A DNA stretch of 27,667 nucleotides from positions 1 through 27,667 of IMG/VR virus record IMGVR_UViG_3300033487_000035; one strand, 5' to 3'. Numbering within the stretch: the first letter of the stretch is position 1; the number at the start of each line of letters is the position of its first letter. This DNA is from a virus (lineage: Duplodnaviria > Caudoviricetes). The notes under the pieces were generated by a model. The model worked only from the letters and a program-made list of their open reading frames with translations. It made no database searches and was not told the DNA's origin. A program made the position numbers and the translations under genes. This document shows positions 25,331 to 27,667 of this stretch, one piece after another.

Positions 25331-25637
25331 AGAGATTGACTGTAAGCCCCGTCCTGTATCCCCGTGGTTCGGACGCCTTGCGGCTCCCACGACAGGTGAC
25401 TGCCATCCAACTTGGTCGGCTGTTACCAGACGACTCTTTTCGTACACTCGGCACCGTGGCGTTGCTCCCCAGTAGGTGCCCGACTTTCTCCACGTTCAGA
25501 TTGCCCGTTTCACTCCGGCGAACCGGCATCGTCACTGTTGCTCTAATGCGCACCTTGCGGTGGAAGGCCGTTAGCCTCAACGCTGCAACTGAGAGCGGGG
25601 ACTTTCCTCACCGTAGCGCGGCAGTCCATCAATCTCT
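25331..25637 (-). ncRNA. rnpB: RNase P RNA (compact bacterial A-type-like), 307 nt
   Basis: P1 AGAGAUUGA/UCAAUCUCU; P2 GACUGCC/GGCAGUC; CR-I GAGGAAAGUCC; P4 AAG(U)CCCCG/CGGGGCUU; CR-II GCAACAG; CR-III GUGAAACG; CR-V ACAGGACGGGGCUUA; P8, P9 (GCAA), P12 (UUCG), P18 (GUAA). Confidence 0.95.
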
Positions 25638-25643
25638 GACGAG

Positions 25644-25672
25644 AGTGTACCACGGATGACCGTGGCTGTCAA
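25644..25672 (-). promoter_or_regulatory. Sigma70-type promoter for rnpB
   Basis: TTGACA-17 nt-TACACT with an extended TG; +1 predicted at or near 25637, the first base of P1. Confidence 0.8.
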
Positions 25673-25753
25673 CTACAGGAGGCCAGCGGCCTTTAGAACG
25701 ATGAGAAACAGCACTACTAGAATGCCGATGACTACTGCCCGTTCGATGTTCAC
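25673..25753 (-). CDS. 26-aa single-pass membrane peptide
   Basis: AGGAGG 5 nt before a GTG start; MNIERAVVIGILVVLFLIVLKAAGLL. Confidence 0.7.
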   Translation of the reverse strand: MNIERAVVIGILVVLFLIVLKAAGLL

Positions 25754-25773
25754 GGTAACCTCCTGACTGTATT

Positions 25774-25850
25774 TGGTAGCCCCCACAGGACTCGAACCTG
25801 TACTGTACCGGGTTTGAGCCGGTTCTCTCTGCCGATTGGAGTACGGAGCC
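25774..25850 (-). tRNA. tRNA-Leu(CAA), short variable loop
   Basis: Loop CU-CAA-AC; GGCAGA D loop, A73. Confidence 0.85.
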
Positions 25851-25851
25851 A

Positions 25852-25927
25852 TGGTACCCGAGGTAGGACTCGAACCTACGACGCTCTGCATGTAAAACAG
25901 ACGTTCTTGCCGCTGAACTACACGGGC
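25852..25927 (-). tRNA. tRNA-Val(UAC)
   Basis: Loop UU-UAC-AU; A73. Confidence 0.9.
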
Positions 25928-25928
25928 A

Positions 25929-26005
25929 TGGTGCACGCTACTGGACTCGAACCAGTGACCCCCACCATGTCAAGGTGGTGCGCTGACCAACTGCGCTAAG
26001 CCTGC
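25929..26005 (-). tRNA. tRNA-Val(GAC)
   Basis: Loop UU-GAC-AU; A73. Confidence 0.9.
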
Positions 26006-26007
26006 AT

Positions 26008-26083
26008 TGGGGTGATATGTGAGACTCGAACTCACCTTGCCGGGTTCACAGCCCGGTATCTTCACCTGTAGATGAATACCACC
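26008..26083 (-). tRNA. tRNA-His(GUG)
   Basis: Loop CU-GUG-AA; encoded G-1 opposite C73. Confidence 0.9.
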
Positions 26084-26084
26084 A

Positions 26085-26158
26085 TGGAGCATCCTACGAG
26101 ACTCGAACTCGTAACAACAGTTTGGAAGACTGTTGTGTTGCCATTACACCAAGAATGC
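26085..26158 (-). tRNA. tRNA-Gly(UCC)
   Basis: Loop CU-UCC-AA; G1-C72, C2-G71, U73. Confidence 0.9.
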
Positions 26159-26159
26159 A

Positions 26160-26235
26160 TGGTCGCCCCACGGAGGTTTGAACTCCGGTCGAGGGATTGA
26201 GAGTCCCCCATCCTATCCGACTAGACGATAGGGCG
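26160..26235 (-). tRNA. tRNA-Glu(CUC)
   Basis: Loop CU-CUC-AA. Confidence 0.88.
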
Positions 26236-26237
26236 AT

Positions 26238-26312
26238 TGGAGCCAACGCTGAGACTCGAACTCAGAACCTCGTCCTTACCAAGGACGCGCACCGCCGTTG
26301 TGCTACGAAGGC
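26238..26312 (-). tRNA. tRNA-Thr(GGU)
   Basis: Loop UU-GGU-AA; tandem U.U in the acceptor stem. Confidence 0.88.
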
Positions 26313-26313
26313 A

Positions 26314-26388
26314 TGGAGCCAACCCACGGACTCGAACCGTGAACCTACGCTTTACGAAAGCGTTGCACTACCATTGTGCTAGGAAGGC
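26314..26388 (-). tRNA. tRNA-Thr(CGU)
   Basis: Loop UU-CGU-AA; tandem U.U in the acceptor stem. Confidence 0.88.
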
Positions 26389-26389
26389 A

Positions 26390-26475
26390 TGGTGGGGACG
26401 GCAGGGTTCGCACCTGCATAGCCCGAAGGCGACTGTTTTACAGACAGATGATTTCGCTCACTTACCATCGGCCCC
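26390..26475 (-). tRNA. tRNA-Tyr(GUA), atypical T loop and D arm
   Basis: Loop CU-GUA-AA; long variable arm with UUCG; T loop UGCGAAC; A73. Confidence 0.8.
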
Positions 26476-26477
26476 AT

Positions 26478-26551
26478 TGGCAGAAGTCCAGAGACTCGAA
26501 CTCTGAGTCGCAGTTTTGGAGACTGCTGGTTTACCGTTAACCGAGACTTCT
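26478..26551 (-). tRNA. tRNA-Trp(CCA)
   Basis: Loop CU-CCA-AA; A1-U72, G73. Confidence 0.9.
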
Positions 26552-26552
26552 A

Positions 26553-26627
26553 TGGTGGAGACACAGGGACTCGAACCCTGAACCTAATGCTTGCAAGGCA
26601 TTTGCGCTCCCATTGCGCCATATCCCC
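26553..26627 (-). tRNA. tRNA-Ala(UGC)
   Basis: Loop CU-UGC-AA; G3.U70, A73. Confidence 0.92.
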
Positions 26628-26640
26628 GTTGCAGTGCTGT

Positions 26641-26670
26641 ATCATAGCACAACTCGACCGATACCTGCAA
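26641..26670 (-). promoter_or_regulatory. Internal sigma70-type promoter upstream of tRNA-Ala
   Basis: TTGCAG-18 nt-TATGAT with extended -10 (TGTGC-TATGAT). Confidence 0.6.
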
Positions 26671-26730
26671 CCCCCTCGTTTAAGCATGCTTCGGGCGTCC
26701 GGTTGACCTGCACGGTGGCAGACATATAGT

Positions 26731-26816
26731 TGGCGGAACCTGTAGGACTCGAACCTACACCACTTGACGTGACCTCCGCTTTCGAGACGGGTACGATACC
26801 ATTCTGTCAAGGTTCC
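26731..26816 (-). tRNA. tRNA-Ser(CGA)
   Basis: Loop CU-CGA-AA; long variable arm, G73. Confidence 0.9.
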
Positions 26817-26818
26817 AT

Positions 26819-26904
26819 TGGCGGAAACGTAGGGACTCGAACCCTAAACGCCTTTCAGCGCGCCTGTTTAGCAAACAGGTTCCTCGACCATTCGGGTCGT
26901 TTCC
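26819..26904 (-). tRNA. tRNA-Ser(GCU)
   Basis: Loop UU-GCU-AA; long variable arm, G73; short acceptor/D connector. Confidence 0.85.
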
Positions 26905-26906
26905 AT

Positions 26907-26991
26907 TGGCGGAAGTTGTAGGACTCGAACCCACACTGCCTTTCGGCAATCACGCTTTTCAAGAGCGATAAGCACGCCTATGCGAACTTCC
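26907..26991 (-). tRNA. tRNA-Ser(UGA), reduced D arm
   Basis: Loop CU-UGA-AA; long variable arm with GAAA, G73. Confidence 0.82.
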
Positions 26992-26993
26992 AT

Positions 26994-27079
26994 TGGCGGA
27001 TACTAGAGGACTCGAACCCCTATGTCCTTGCAGACTCATCGTTTCCAGCGATGCGCATTTACCATTCTGCCAAGTATCC
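26994..27079 (-). tRNA. tRNA-Ser(GGA)
   Basis: Loop CU-GGA-AA; long variable arm, G73. Confidence 0.9.
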
Positions 27080-27143
27080 ATGATGCGGTTTGGGAACCGC
27101 CAAGACGGAACCCCATACGCCACCACCGCAAGGTGCAATATAG

Positions 27144-27195
27144 TGGAGGGAGGGGGGCTACAACCCGAGCGGGTGGGGAGCCGCCCCATCCTCCC
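27144..27195 (-). ncRNA. 52-nt mini-tRNA-like RNA ending in U-CCA
   Basis: GGGAGG/CCUCCC acceptor-like stem followed by UCCA; internal hairpins UGGGG/CCCCA and GGG-UUGUAGC-CCC. Confidence 0.45.
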
Positions 27196-27207
27196 AACAA
27201 GAGTATT

Positions 27208-27283
27208 TGGTTGCAGCCTGCAGAGTCGAACTGCCGAAGCCAAGGCTTATGAGGCCCAGCGGGAACCGTCCATAAAGACTGCT
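27208..27283 (-). tRNA. tRNA-Met(CAU), initiator-like, divergent
   Basis: Loop CU-CAU-AA; A1xA72 mismatch, A73; irregular D arm and anticodon stem. Confidence 0.7.
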
Positions 27284-27284
27284 A

Positions 27285-27359
27285 TGGTCTGAGTAGGAGG
27301 ACTCGAACCCCCGTAATCTCGGCCCCAAACCGAGCGCCCAGCCCCTAGGCCACACTCAG
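27285..27359 (-). tRNA. tRNA-Pro(UGG)
   Basis: Loop UU-UGG-GG; C1-G72, A73. Confidence 0.9.
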
Positions 27360-27396
27360 ATAGTGACGGTGCCTACTCCGTCTACGCATGCTGCGG

Positions 27397-27426
27397 ATAT
27401 TAGCACAGATAGCAGCAGTCTTGCAA
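27397..27426 (-). promoter_or_regulatory. Sigma70-type promoter at the head of the tRNA array
   Basis: TTGCAA-18 nt-TAATAT with extended -10 (TGTGC-TAATAT). Confidence 0.55.
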
Positions 27427-27429
27427 CTG

Positions 27430-27667
27430 TTACTTTGTGCGGAGGTTCCTTTGCTTCCACTGAGCGTAAAGGTGAGAGCCGAAACGAGCGTGGATGGCGA
27501 ACAAGGCCCACAGGGCCATGCGTTCCAAGACCCTCTGAATATCGACTCCGATATCGAGGTCGATGATGACCTGCGTGATGCCAAGCGGAACGAGGAAGGA
27601 CCATCCGAGGACGATGAGGGTGGTCAGCGAAGGCGTGTAGCCACACTGGGTAGCGCATGCCAAGTAT
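27430..27667 (-). CDS. Hypothetical membrane protein, probably 5'-truncated by the window
   Basis: Frame open to the window edge; two hydrophobic stretches and a basic C-terminus (...QWKQRNLRTK). Confidence 0.45.
   Translation of the reverse strand, partial: YLACATQCGYTPSLTTLIVLGWSFLVPLGITQVIIDLDIGVDIQRVLERMALWALFAIHARFGSHLYAQWKQRNLRTK

Larger units (their letters stand above)
23411..27359 (-). other. tRNA array: 37 tRNA genes, all 20 amino acids, all with encoded CCA
   Basis: Recurrent tgg...gactcgaac on the + strand (CCA end and T-loop on the - strand); each cloverleaf folded by hand. Confidence 0.95.

Noticed and set aside
26628-26730. tRNA-associated HDV-like (theta) ribozyme in the spacer after tRNA-Ser(CGA)
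   Set aside because: I could not build the nested double pseudoknot by hand; the spacer is adequately explained by a promoter. A covariance search would settle it
26907-26991. Opal suppressor or selenocysteine tRNA
   Set aside because: The anticodon is UGA (reads Ser UCA), not UCA; 7-bp acceptor stem. No CUA, UUA or UCA anticodon occurs in the array and the genes read normally in code 11
23139-27355. Short ORFs from the track that overlap tRNA, rnpB and ncRNA sequences
   Set aside because: Incidental frames across structural RNAs with no RBS; only the 26-aa peptide at 25673-25753 is supported
23411-27359. CRISPR-like periodic repeat (gactcgaac about every 77 nt)
   Set aside because: The repeats are tRNA T loops; the intervening sequences fold as cloverleaves and there are no cas genes

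Overview
Segment of a tailed dsDNA phage genome (siphovirus-type, roughly 60% GC by eye); essentially everything is on the minus strand. Positions 1-23046 hold a morphogenesis module. In transcription order: a beta-rich hypothetical protein, TerS-like protein, TerL, Com-like zinc ribbon, portal, prohead protease/scaffold, HK97-fold major capsid protein, a GT4 glycosyltransferase and a protamine-like basic ORF, neck proteins, tail tube, tail chaperone with a lambda-type GGGAAAG -1 frameshift, tape measure, a giant Ig/FN3-decorated Dit-like protein, hub, fibre and small tail-associated genes. Positions 23100-27430 hold a dense RNA island: 37 CCA-encoding tRNA genes covering all 20 amino acids, mostly 1-2 nt apart; a compact RNase P RNA (25331-25637) with its own sigma70-type promoter; two ORF-poor structured ncRNA blocks whose outer ends can pair around eight tRNAs; a pseudo-tRNA; a 52-nt CCA-ended mini-tRNA-like RNA; and a 26-aa membrane peptide. 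The strongest candidate for a new system is this apparently self-processing tRNA/RNase P/ornate-ncRNA island. All calls were read by hand; no database search, folding program or k-mer count was run, and the host cannot be determined from this window.
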